A stretch of 62,977 nt of DNA, filler included, from Hyphochytrium catenoides (Eukaryota; Protista; Hyphochytriomycota): the NCBI GenBank assembly GCA_900088475.1. It is 9 parts of 9 records of this genome, joined end to end, with 100 filler letters (N's around TTAATTAATTAA, not from the genome) between each part and the next. Parts side by side here need not be neighbours in the genome. Positions count along the whole stretch, not along the records: positions 1 to 14,845 come from FLMG01000330.1; positions 14,946 to 16,369 come from FLMG01001568.1; positions 16,470 to 24,715 come from FLMG01000618.1; 6 more parts are not named here. One strand, given 5' to 3'. The position numbers and the translations under genes are program-made. Position 1 is the stretch's first letter, and each line of letters begins with the position of its first letter. Shown here piece after piece: positions 10,736 through 23,177 of the stretch. Below the pieces are notes generated by a model, which was not told where the DNA came from, made no database searches, and saw only the letters and a program-made list of their open reading frames with translations.

Positions 10736-12732
10736 CGCTTCCTGTAGGCTCAAGCATGGATCAGATTTCTCAGGAATCATTCACTCCTCTCTTCTACTCT
10801 TCCTGGGTCACGCTGAAGGGAAAGAAAGGCCGTGCTCGCGTCTGGATGATCCTCAACGGAACCGTCCTGCAGTACAAGTCAGGCAATGATGAGTGGGCCG
10901 AGGTGAGAGAGACATGGAGGGAGAAAGTGAGAGGGAGACAAAGAAAACAGACAGACAGAGCAGACCAGAGATAGACAGACTGAGCAAGAGAGAGAGAAAG
11001 AGAGAGAGGGAGATGGAGGCAGGGAAGAGTTGACAGAAGGGAAAAGACAGCTTCGGTTGCCTGGAAGAAGGAAGAGACGAGAGAAAGACTGTGAAGTGCT
11101 CGGGAAGAGAGAGAGAGAATGGCAGTTTCCTTCCGTCATGAGTCGCCTTATGTCTCTTCCCTTATCCCTCTGTTATAGACTTCTTTTCGAAAAGCATACA
11201 CTTACACTCATTTCTACTCTGTCACCCCTCAATATCATTCTCTTTATCTCTCTCTCCACGCTTCTCTGCTTCTCCCAACTTCTTTCTCTCTCTCCTCCCA
11301 TCTAATAATGCTTATGATTCTCTCTCTCTCTTATGCTGATAATGCTCAGGTGCGTGGTGAGATTCCTCTCTCTCAGCTCTCTGAAGTTGCTCGATCTGTG
11401 AACAAGAACGAGCGATTCACGATGGTCAGCAAAGGGAGAAAAGAAACGTGGAAGGTTGACGTAGAGAAGATTGAAGACAGAGGTAAGAAAGGAAGAGACT
11501 CTAATTTTTTCAACGGCGTTGTCGTCTGTTATGGGGAGCGGACTCAACGAGAGACAGGGAGAGACAGAAGAGTGACGGGGCGAAAGAGAGAGAGATGTGA
11601 AGGGAAATGGGGGAGAAGAACTATCTGCCTGCTTTGCAGTATTGCATTGCCCTTTTAGCTTTGTCTCTTCCTTGGAGTTACAGGGCCAATCTCCTCTGAC
11701 ATGAAACCTCTCTCTCTTCTTTCGCATTGACTCTTTTCCCTTGGTCCCTGTGCTTCTCTGCTCTTCTCTCTTCCTCTGTCTCTCCCTCTTTATTCCTCTA
11801 TATTCTCTCTCTCCCTTTCTAAAGACATCTACGTCAAACATATCCGCTCTGCCGCGCGATATCTAAAGCGGACGGGGCGGCATCTTCTTGCCTTGCGTCC
11901 GGAGAACGGCGATGAAGGAGAAGAAGGAGAGAAAGAGGCTCCTCTGGTGGACGTGGACACTCGTTTGAAGAACTTTCTCTCGCTCGGAATGAAAGGCTGG
12001 ATGGCAGAGAAGAAACTGACGTCCCTCTCTCCGTCGGCGGAGAGATATTTCGTTCTCTCTTCAGAGACTTTCAGCAAATTTTCTGGGGATGACAGTTGGG
12101 CGGACCTGCTGTGGGAGGTGCCAGTCAGTGAGGTGAAGAAAGTGGAGAACTATGGGACCAAGGGACTCAAGGTAAGAAAAGGAAAAAGAAAGAGAAAGAT
12201 CGGGGGGAAAAGAATGGAGGAGAAGGAGAAGAGGGACAGAGAGAGAGAGAACACGAGAAAGATAAAAAAGACGAGAGAGAGAAAGAGGGAAATGGGGAAG
12301 AAGTGGGATTCCGATCTGTCTCTGTTCCCTATCTCTCTTTCTTCAACCTCACGTCGTCCTATCCCCTGTTTTCCCCTCGAAGCTTGCATATTCTCTCATC
12401 TTCCTCTCCTCTTTCTCCGCATATCTCTTTATGTCGCACCCTCACACCCTCTCCAGGTGGTCATGAAGAAGAGAACGCTGCGTCTGTTTCCTCAGCGAGT
12501 AGACGACTTTGAACTGTGGAAAGACGCTCTGACTCTTCTCTCACGTCATGCACGAGGGGAGCCATTAACAGGAAGAGAAGAGCGACAGAAAGACATGGAG
12601 GGAGAGAGTTCTTCTCTTGAGAGAGTAAACGAGGAGTCAGAGGACGAAGGAGGAACCAACAGGAAAGAAGAGAGCGGTTGTCCTGAGGTGAAGAGAGAAG
12701 AGACAAGAAAGGAGGAGATAACAGGGGTCTAG
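4707..12732 (+). CDS. ~1000-aa protein with six tandem PH domains and N-terminal myristoylation motif; 14 exons: 4707-4926, 5464-5675, 6116-6262, 6466-6657, 6995-7272, 7773-7837, 8120-8255, 8631-8705, 9027-9399, 9897-10290, 10748-10902, 11350-11482, 11825-12171, 12457-12732
   Basis: All introns GT-AG with consistent phase (CDS 3003 nt). Repeated PH signatures, e.g. GWLLKNKKDRRWCKI, EGWLSKKVGLGVHQRWFKL, KGWMAEKK...RYFVL, and terminal helices QQWMAAL, WKWTACL, QSWCRSL, ADWIHCI, ELWKDAL. Begins MGAQPS. The 3' end might extend into exon-like segments at ~13130-13655. Confidence 0.88.
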
Positions 12733-13811
12733 AAGAAAGGATGGAAACGAAATATGGCAAGCCTGAGTTATCTCATCGCAAAGGTCTCTCTCTCTCTCTG
12801 CCTCGTCTTTCTCTCCCTCTCTCTCTCCGCTTGATCTCTCTCTCTCTCCTTCTCTCTCTCTCTCCTTCTCTCTCTCTCTGTCTCTCCTCTCTCTCTCTGT
12901 GATCTTTATCTTTCCTTGTCAACCCAGTGTCTGTGTAGATAGCACTAATATCCGTACAGCTAAGGGATACTCCAGGTGCTATCCCACAGAATAATATCAA
13001 CCTGGTGGACCATGCCTCTCTGTGTCTCTCCGTAGCTTATATCTCTTTCTCCCCCTTCCTTTTCTCTTAACCTGCGCTGCTCCGTTAGCTCATTCATGCA
13101 CCGCATAAATGCACAGTAAATGAGCATTCTCAGTCGTCGAGACCATAGGAGACATAAGTCTTTGCTGGAGAAGAGAAGCAGTAGAGAAGAGAGAGAACGC
13201 AAAAGAAGATCCCGTAAAAGAAAGGCAGAAAAAGATGGAGAGAGGCAGCAAGACGGAGATACAGAATCGATAGTTGACGAAAGAGTGAAGGACTCAAATG
13301 TTGGCCCTAAAAGGCTCATGGCAGTCATTGACATAGGCGGACTGAACTCAAAAGACAAGGTGGGATGTCCTCATTCCTGTCTGTTTCTCTTCTCCGCTTG
13401 CCTTCCGCACGTGGGAACCCACAGTGCCTTGTATCGCTGCACAAGGAAACTAAAGAAGACACAAGGGACGCGCAAAACAGGAGGAAGAGACGGAGAAAGC
13501 GATGCAGAGAGAATGTATTGAGGTCTTTTCCTTTCAGACCCAGGGACACGATCAAGGACAATAAAATGTTGCTAACGAAGGTAAACCAGTTCGAAGCTTA
13601 TCGCTTACTTAAACGGCCATGGCCGTCTCACACTGTGAAGACGTCCTTGGAGTAAACTGGCTGAAGACAGACAGGAACCTCTGCCCATCGAGACGCGATC
13701 TTCTGTATCGCTCTTGCTTTTTTTTTCCTTCTCTCTCTCTCTCTTGGTCCCTCTCTCTCTTAATTTTACTTCCTTTATCAAGATCTGCGACAGTCTTCAG
13801 CTAGCTCCTGT

Positions 13812-14845
13812 CTAACGCTCTTCTGGCGGGTGTGTCGTTTTCGTCTCTACTCTGTCTCCTGCTCTGTCTGCTTCATGGAAAGCTGAAGTCACCGCAATCG
13901 TGCACTCTCCTTCTTTTCCTGTAGTTGCGTCTCTCTCGTCGCCTGCACGTTCACAGGGACTCATAAAACCTCCCTCTATACGTCGAACCGCACGAAGAAG
14001 CTTTTGCTTAGCCTTGCTGGACATTGCCTACCGGCATGTGTCCCACCCCTTGAACTAGATTTCTCCTATCTTGAGTTCCTTTCCCTTGCCTGAAGCGTGT
14101 GCTCTGTTCCATACAAAGAGCTTAATCTCTCTCCCTTACCATCCATGGATGGCTTAGGGCCTCTTCTAGAGAACCTCTCTCTTCCGGGTTTTTGTTTAGC
14201 AGTAATCTCAAAAGGTCACTCAGCTCAGGAGAAACGTCCACTTCTTCAGGGTAGGGAACCTCCTCTTGTCTGATGCATTCAAACAATGGACCTAGACCGT
14301 AGGGAAGTGGAGAGGAGACAAGAGAAGAAAAATCAGCAAAGGAAAGCCACTTTCAGCTGAATATAGAGCATATAACTATGTCCAAAGAGAGAGGGATGTC
14401 AATCTCAGCTTGCACCCACCTACTCCTTCCTTCCAAAATGGATAGTGTCCATAGGTGAAGATATAAAGGATGACGCCCAACGCCCAAATGTCAGCCTTAA
14501 AGGCATTGAACGGCCCTCCGACACACTCTTCAGGAGAAAGGAATGGGAATGTCCCCACCGTATCTGACAAGATACCTCCACCACTCGCTCTCTCCCCTTG
14601 AGGGAATCTGTGAGCACAGTTGAAGTCTGACAGGCGACACCGCCCACTGCCACTGAGAAGAACATTGTCCGGCTAGAATTTAACGTGAGGAAGTTCCGCA
14701 GACATTCATAGAGCAGGATTTGAAGAGAGTTAGTGTAGGGAAGAGGGGAAATAGCAAGGCTTAGCGCCTCTACCTTGAGATCTCTGTGAACCACGTCCAA
14801 GCTATGAATGTAACTCAAGCCCGCGATGATGTCTCTAAGATATCG
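13812..14845 (-). CDS. Ser/Thr protein kinase, CAMKK-like, 5'-truncated at gap; exons ~14774-14845, 14420-14672, 14140-14291, 13812-14027
   Basis: YIHSLDVVHRDLK|PDNVLL, SDFN, DTVGTFPFLSPE, KADIWALGVILY, LLNKNPEER, HPWM; C-terminal basic amphipathic AKQKLLRAVRRI resembles a calmodulin-binding segment. Confidence 0.88.
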
Positions 14846-14889
14846 NNNNNNNNNNNNNNNNNNNNNNNNNNNNNNNNNNNNNNNNNNNN

Positions 14890-14901
14890 TTAATTAATTA
14901 A
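14890..14901. other. Artificial contig linker TTAATTAATTAA inside a 100-nt N gap; also at 16414, 24760, 30400, 40186, 50097, 59160, 61071
   Basis: Identical six-frame-stop 12-mer flanked by ~44 N on each side, eight times. Confidence 0.97.
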
Positions 14902-15393
14902 NNNNNNNNNNNNNNNNNNNNNNNNNNNNNNNNNNNNNNNNNNNNGTCGCTAACGGCAAGTGATCGGTTGAAAATTTCATCTCACTCTATCTAGTGCTCG
15001 TCGCCGTGATGAGTGATGAGAACAAGCAATAAAATAGCTTTTCCTTCTCTCTTCGCCATCATCTCTTTTCGCCATCATCATCATTGCCAAATCACGAGGA
15101 GAAAGAGGTGGTAGGACGAGAAGAGGAGGAGAGGGGCTGACCTCATGGGAAGTAGAGTTTGCCTTCTAGCCTTCTATTAATGATAGGGAGAGGCGAAGAA
15201 GTATCTGCCTCCTGCTGTTTGTTGTAGAGCAGCAGCGAGCAACATGATGCCGTCATCGTTATCACGAGGAAGAGATGATGATAATGGTATGGAGCAGGGC
15301 AAGAAGAAGAAGAGATTTGTTTGCAAGTCACTACTGATGATGAGAGAATAAGTTAGGTAGTATGGTGTGATTGAGAAGGATGATCTCATTACC

Positions 15394-15990
15394 ATGTCCT
15401 CATGTCCCCATGCAGATTATTATCAAAGTGATGAGGAACAAGACGAAGAATCAAAAGATGACCTCTTGGATGACATTGTGATCTTCTGCATGCTGGCTGC
15501 GGCTTGCAATGACTATGAGAAGTTTATGATGAAGACACCGAAGCGCACCTCTCCCCTCTCAGGCGCAGAATGGTTGAAGAAGTGCTGACGGGCAATGAAA
15601 ACCGAGCTCAAGAAGTACTACTACGAATGGAGCTCAAAATTTTTATGAAGATTAGAAAGTTACTCACCTCTAAGAACCTCCTCAAGAGATCTCGTAAGGG
15701 TGTCACTGTAGATGAGCAGGTTGGTATATTTCTCTTCATAGTTGGACAGAGACAGACAAGTCGAGGTACACAGGAGCGCTTCCAGCGAAGTGGGGAGACA
15801 ATATCATCAAGGTATAGCCTTCTGCTGATGTTCCCACTATTACTACTATTATGTTGTTCTACTATATATCAGCAATCTGATGATTCCTAATTATCTACCA
15901 TCCTCCTCGACCAGATATTTTCATGCTGTCCTCGAAGCACTCTTCTCTCTTAGGAAGGAGGTCATCCGGCTTCCTTCCTCAGGCAGATGA
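15394..15990 (+). mobile_element. PIF/Harbinger (HARBI1-like) transposase N-terminal fragment, pseudogenised
   Basis: RTSPLSGAEW/VEEVL...RME..IF...VTVDEQVGIFLFIVG...QERFQRSGETISSR|YFHAVL matches the Harbinger N-terminal/HTH region; 1-nt frameshift near 15572, GT-AG intron ~15811-15914, stop near 15988 before any DDE domain. Confidence 0.82.
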
Positions 15991-16729
15991 CCCCACTCAT
16001 CCTCAGCCATGATGAAAATGATGATGAAGAAGTCGTCACGTCGTCGTCGTCGTTCGGCTTGCTGCTGCTTGTGAAGAGGACAGGAGGCAGAGAAGAAGAG
16101 GAGTTTGCTGAGAAGAAGAAGCGCACTCTCTGAAGAGGAACTGTGCATGGGCCATAGAGCGCTGTCTTCCCTCCGCCACCGACCACCCTGCTACCACCAG
16201 CAAGTAAGAAGATTGAAGGCTCGTGCTGCATGATGATGGTCACATGTTGTTGCTCTCTTGAACAAAGCAATGAGTGAAAAGCGCTTGTGAGAGGAAGTGG
16301 CTAACCGCCAGTGAAAAATAGAGGCCAGGACTCAAAATTTCCAGTAGAAGGTGGGGGCGGAGAATCTCANNNNNNNNNNNNNNNNNNNNNNNNNNNNNNN
16401 NNNNNNNNNNNNNTTAATTAATTAANNNNNNNNNNNNNNNNNNNNNNNNNNNNNNNNNNNNNNNNNNNNTGCTTCTTTTGGCTCTTCATCACAGGACAGA
16501 AGAAGAGAGACCTAATAATGGTAAGAAATGTAGAAGAGAGAAAGGAAAACAACCGGGTGACAGAAAGAAAGAGAGAGAGAGAGAAATGCAGGACCAAGAG
16601 ATGATCAAAAGGAGTTGGGCAAGCTGAGAAAGCAGACAGCATCACTCTGAACATGGAGAGACAGAGGAAATATTGGGGCCAACAAAAGTGAGCAGGCATC
16701 AGGACAGGGAGTTCAAAGCGACAGGATCA

Positions 16730-16785
<56 letters not shown>

Positions 16786-17368
16786 TTCTAGATCATCATC
16801 TCTCTCTCGTAGATCTTTTGTGCCCCCAAGATGATGATGATGTCGCCTTTCTCTGGCAGGGCGGCTTAATATCGGACCATAAACCTATAGATTCTTAATG
16901 TAATAGGCCGCTGGGCGGTTAAGGTATGGGAGAGTGGAGGATGCTATTCCCATACATTTACTCCCTGATCTAGTGGCGCTGATCTTCCCAGTTGAACTTC
17001 TTCATCCCCCTGTTCCCTGTTTGAAACGGATGTGTGCTGGGGGCTTCGTAAACTTCTAACGTTGAAATATACTTTGGGAAACATATCCATAAATAGAATA
17101 AAGCAAAGTAAATTAAATTGAAGATGGGGAGATTCACTAAAATTCCAAGAAGGGAATATGACAGCCTCCACAATTGCTGTGAATAAAGAGTTTATCTTTT
17201 TATATGTATCCTCATTAAACATATAAACTGCCATGAGTACGTTGAAAGTAACAACTTTGGAAAGAATGAAGGTTTCATGTTATGGCTCTTCGTGCCCTGA
17301 GATTTTGGGTGTCGATGAGTTCAGTGAGAGATCTCATGACAATCGCCTCGTCACGTCCTTTATCTTCT

Positions 17369-17405
<37 letters not shown>

Positions 17406-17956
17406 TGCCCTCTCTCTCTCTCTGCCGCCCTCTCTCTCTCTGCTGCCCTCTCTCTCTCTCTGCCGCCCTCTCGCTCTCTGCCGCCCTCTCTCTCTCTGCT
17501 GTCCTCGCTCTCTCTCTCTGGCGTCTCTCTCTCTCTGCTGCCCCCTCTCTCTCTCTCTCGCACTCTATCTGCTGTCCTCGCTCTCTCTCTCCCGGCCCTC
17601 TCTCTCTCTCTCTTCCTTCACTCTCTCTTTGTCCTTTCTCTCTTTTCCAACTCGGGCTCTTACCCTCTTTCTCTCTTTCTCAGTCTGTATTCCCATACCA
17701 GATACAGTCTACTTCTAGCCATTTCTGTCTCTCTCTTGTTCTCTCTCTCTCTCTCTCTCCCCCCCTCTCTCTCTCTTCAGGTCTTGATTGTCCTCTCTTG
17801 GACCCTTTCAGATATTTTGGGCTGGGTCTTTTTTAGATTTTTCAGGGTCTGAGTCCAATGCTGCAGAGACTGACAGACAAGAGCTGCCTCACCAGCTGAG
17901 GCGGACACACATCTGATGCACGTCAGGCACAGTACCTCCCTCCTCTTCACCGTCAT

Positions 17957-18004
<48 letters not shown>

Positions 18005-19191
18005 TTTCTCCTTTCTCTCTCTCTCTCTCTCTTTCATCTGTCCTTTCCCAAGCTTCAACTGCTGGGTGCCAAAAAGCAGTTGCAGTCAGGTTGGGAGGGA
18101 TAAAGTAGAAGAGAGCTTGAAGGAAAGAGAAAGACAGAAAGAGAGAGAGGAGAGAGGGGAGAGAGCACACTGAAGAAAGGGCAAAAGGATATGCAGAGGA
18201 CAGACAGAGACCACCATGATGCAAGGTGTCTAAAAGCTCGCTGGTAGAGAGGAGACGGGGAAGGAAGAGAGGACAACGACAGAGAGAAAGAGAGAAAAGA
18301 GAGAGAGAGAGAGAAGAAGAGAAAGAACAATAAAGAGACCCTGACGTGGTCTTTGCTGGTGGTTGGCTTTGGTCCTTTCTCTCTCTGTGTGGCACACTTT
18401 TTATAAGATCCAGAAAGATAGAAAGATCCTGCCAAAGAGACAGAGGAGCAACAAGAGAGAGGTCAAGTCGAGAGAGAGAAAGGAGAGAAGATAACGAGAC
18501 GAGAGAGAGCAAGACAAAGCTGCCTTTATTATATTATAAAAATAGAGAAGAGAGAGGAACTCCCAGAGAAAAGAGAGAGAGAGAGACTGAAGAGAGCACG
18601 AGAACAAGCAGCAAGAGAGAGAGAGAGAGAGAGAGACGGAGAGAGTGCACAAGAGAGAGAGAAGAGGAGAGACAAGTGTGATGCTGAAACTTGTCGCTCG
18701 GTCTCGCGGCTGAGCTGGTGGGTCGCTGGCGCGTTCACATTCTCCTCTTCTTAGTAGAGATTCTCTCCCACAGATTTTTCTGTAAGTGTGAAAAGGCAGG
18801 AGAGGGAAAGAGAGGGACTGAGAGAGAGAGAGAAAGAAAGACTAGAGAGAAAGACAAGAGAGGGAGAGAGAGAGAGAGGCGGATCCTTCTCCGACCCTGG
18901 ATCGCTTCACGTCCAGTCTTGCTTCTTTGTCGGTGCTAGGATCTTCTCTTTCCTGTCAAGAAACAATCATCATCCCGCGTCTTGTCTCTCTTCTCGCTCT
19001 CTTTCTCTCTTTTCTTCCCTCTCTTCTACTTCCTTTTCTCCGCTTGATATTGACAAAAAGAACAAGAGGACAACGTGTTCCTTCCGTCACCTAATCAGTC
19101 CTCTCTCTCTCTCTCCATCGTGAATTTCCTGAAGAAAGGAGTTCCGTTGACTCTCTCGAGTGCTCTCCTCTCTCTCTGTCTCCATGTCTTC

Positions 19192-19222
<31 letters not shown>

Positions 19223-19523
19223 CCTCTTTCTCTCACTCTCTCCTCTTCTCTCTCCTTTTCTTTCACTCTCTCTTTCTTTTCTCAGCTTGTTTATGATGAT
19301 AAGAAGAGTGCAGCAGCTTCACTCGGAGAGACAACTATGCCCAAGGACGAGCAAGAGATAGCGCAGACAGAGAGAGACAAAGAGAGAAAAAGACTGCTCC
19401 TGTTAACGTGTCTTTCTTCCTGATGGAACTGGAGATTGATGGAAAGATTCTACGAAGAGCTATTCCAGGAGGAGGAAGACAGATCGAACCGAAGTGAGAC
19501 GAGAGAAGAGAGAGAGACAGATC

Positions 19524-19561
<38 letters not shown>

Positions 19562-19718
19562 GATAATAGTAGAGAAGCTTTCGAATAAGCATGGTAGCCT
19601 GGCGCTAGAGAAAGCTCTCAGGCACAAGTTCTTGATCTTCTAGAGCTTTGAACTTCCGCCAGTTAAGTCAGATAAAGCCTGAACTTACCTTCAGAATAGA
19701 TCGAGAAGAGAGAGCGTC

Positions 19719-19777
<59 letters not shown>

Positions 19778-20499
19778 TTTCCAGGAGGTGAGCAAAGAGA
19801 GAAAGAAATAAAGGAGAAACTGCCACTCAAATATAATCCCTCTTTCGCGACGCTTAATCTGCGGAGGCTTCACCTTGACGCGCTAACAGGAATTCTGTCT
19901 AGCTCTCTCTCTCTCTCTCCATCTGTCACTTTCTTTGTCTCTCTCTCCGTTCTCTTTCTCTCTCCCTCCGCTTTCGGCTTATTGCTTTCTCTGTTCTCTT
20001 GCGCTTCTCCAAGAATAGGTCGAGAGGAGAGAGAGAATGAGACCATCAATCATTGGTTGAATGTCCCAACCAATTGGTGTCTCACACAGAGTCTCTCTCT
20101 CTCTCTCTCTCTGTCCCTCCACGTTCTTCCCTCTCTCTTCCCCTCTCTCTCTCTCACTTTCTCTCTCTTCTTTTGTCTCACTCTCTCCCGCCCAGTGGTT
20201 CTAATAAAGGTGCCAATGCAGAGAGAAGACAGCAGAGAACGCGACACTGGGAGTGCCAGAGTTATCTTCTTTCTTATTTTATTGTCTCTGCTTATAATAA
20301 ACCCTCAACCTTTCTCTCTCTCGGGAGAAAGAGAGAGAGAGAGACAAGGAAAGAGAGATGACTGACACTGAACGTTGCTTGACTGGAAGAAGAGAGAGAG
20401 AGAGAGAAAAGAAGAGGGATAATTAGATCGGGAAAGAGAGAGAGAGAAGCTGGCGTAATCTTTCCACGACAGCCAGGCTGTGTCTGTCTCTCTCTCTCT

Positions 20500-20918
20500 C
20501 TAAGACTCTCCTTCCGCAGTCTTATTCTTAACAATATTATAGACGACAGTCCCGATGCCCAAGAGAAGAATGACGCAGATAAAGTCCACGATACACTTGT
20601 CTCCTCCTCTCGTGCTCTGGAAAAAGGTAGAGAGAGAGAGAGAGGCGAGCAAGAGAGAGAAAGAGTCAATTAGAGAGAGTTGGCTAGAATGGAAAGAGAC
20701 AAACAGAGTGCATGCCATCCAGGCGGAACCACCACGAGATAGGTATCTGAGGGAGAGAGAGAGAGAGTGAAAGAAAGAGGAGAAGAAACAATGACGAGAG
20801 AAAGAGTGGAGTCCACAGAAAGCAAACAGTGTATGGCCGAGCCGAGAAGTTTTCTCCTTTTCTTACCTTGGCCAGCGTATCCTTCATCTTTTGATTGACA
20901 TTGGACACTGCGCATAGA

Positions 20919-20969
<51 letters not shown>

Positions 20970-23142
20970 GGAGAGGGAGAGAGAGAAGAGATCCGGGAGA
21001 GCGAAGAGGACCGATCAGATAGAGTTCAGGAGCAATTGACACTGTACCAGTGCAGAACACTGGAAGAGAGAGAGAGAAAGAGAGAAATATCTGAAGGGAT
21101 AAAACGAAGCTCATGACGGGAAGACGATGTGGTTAAGAGAATCTCTCGGAGAGCAAGATGTAAGAAAGATTGAGAGAAAGAGAGAGCGGAAGACAAGAGA
21201 AAGAGGGGTTGAGGAAGAGAGAGTGAAGAAGGAGAACGACTCAGTAGAGCTAGAGAGAGAGACACACACAGAGCGAGACTCCACGAGAGAGAAAGCGCGA
21301 GAGAGAGTGAGACAGAGAGAGTGAGACAGAGGGAGAGCGAGAGAGAGAGAGAGTGGGAGGGAGAGAGACAAGGCACTCTTCTTACCATGATCGTTGGCTT
21401 TGTCCATCTTCTTGTCCAGATCCTCGAGAAGGATGTTTTGCTTTTTGATCTGTTCATTGATCCCGACAGCCATCTGACCCAGCTCCAGCACTCCGCCATG
21501 GATCTCATCCAGAGAGTTGTCCTGCACGTAAAGACAGGAAAAGAGAGAGAAAGAGAGAGGAAAAGAGGAAGAGGGAAGAGAGAGAGAGAGAGAGAGGTTA
21601 ATGCTTGACGAAAAGAAGGAGCGCCCTGCGTAGAGAGGTAGAAAGAAGACAGACCTCTTTGACGAGAAAATGAGAAGGTAGAGAGAGAGAGAGAGAAAAA
21701 GAAAAAAAGAAAGAGAGAGAGAGAGCGAGAGAAAGGAAGAAGGAGGACGTACAATTTCTTGGTTATTTCTTTCTACGTTTGCGAGGTTCATCCTGTGATC
21801 CTCCGTCATTTCTTCCGTGATCCGCGGGCTGACGATGCCCGCGCCCAGAGGAGAAGTGAGGGGACTCATAGCATTTGGGGCGCCCGCGTCTATGCAGGAG
21901 AGAGAGAGACAGAGAGTTGGAGAGAGAGAGGTGGAAGCGAGAGAGAGAGAGTGAGATTTATATGAAAATGAGAGAAAGAGGGAGGAAAGGCACGTGGAAG
22001 GGAGAGATAAAGAGAAGGACAAGAACAGAGAGATAGGCCGACAATGTACGACCGAAGCTTGAGTAGAAAGAGATAAAGAGAAGAGAGAGACAAAGAGAGA
22101 GAATGAGGAGGAAGCAATAGGAGAGATTTTGGGAAAGGTAGACTCTCTGCCTAGGAGAGATTTTGGGACGGAAGACTCTCTGCCCTTGACGGGTATACGT
22201 AGCCCTATGAATAAAGAAAAAGACGGAGGAATGGAGAGGAGAGAACAGAGAGAAGAAAGAGAGAGAAAGAGAGAGAGAAAAAGAGGGCTAAATTACCTGC
22301 TCTGTCTCCCAAGAGCTCCTTTTTGTCCATGGTAATAAAGTTGATCATTGGGTCATTGTTTGAGGGAACAGCACTTTTGATATAACCTGCTCGGACAAGG
22401 TGAGAGAGGGTCCTCTCTCTCTTTCTTTCTCTCTCGCTCTCTCTCGCTCGCTCTTCTCTCTTTCTCCCTCTCTCTCACTCAACTTTCTTGTGTCTCTCCC
22501 TTTCTGTCACTATCTCCGTCTCTCTTCTGTCTCTGTTTCTCTCTCTCTCTGCCTGTCTGTACATCTTCCCCTCCTGCCCTCTCTCTCTATCTCTCCCTCC
22601 CCCATCTCCCCCCTTCTCTCTCTCTCTTTCTCTCTCCTGTTATCTTTCTCTCCCCATCTCTCCGGACGGTCTCTCTCTCTCTCTCTTTCGCTCTCCTGGC
22701 CTGTCTCTCTATGCCAGCTGCCCCCTCACCTGTGGTTGAGGACTCTTTAATGGCTGAGATCTCTTGCGCGTAAGTGTAAACAAATCCACGACGAATCTGC
22801 AGCTCCTCCTTGGCAAGCTTACTCTGCATCGATGAAGAGAGAGAAACGAGCGTGGGAGAGAGAAGCGAGAGAGAGAGAGAAGAGAGAGACATAGATAGAT
22901 AGATAGAGAGAAGGGAGAGAGGGAGAGAAGGGAGAGAGAGATAGAGAGAAGAGAGAGAGAGAGTGGATAAATGAAGGAACGATCAACGACCTTAAGAGAG
23001 TAAACAAGGGACAAAGGAGAAAAGAGAGAGAAAGAGAGACGGATAAGGAGATTAAGCACAAGCGAAGAGAAAAGGGAGAATCCTGGTGAAGAGACGACAG
23101 AAGAGAGGAGCAGAGATTCGAGAGTAAGGAAAAAGTAGCTGG

Positions 23143-23177
<35 letters not shown>

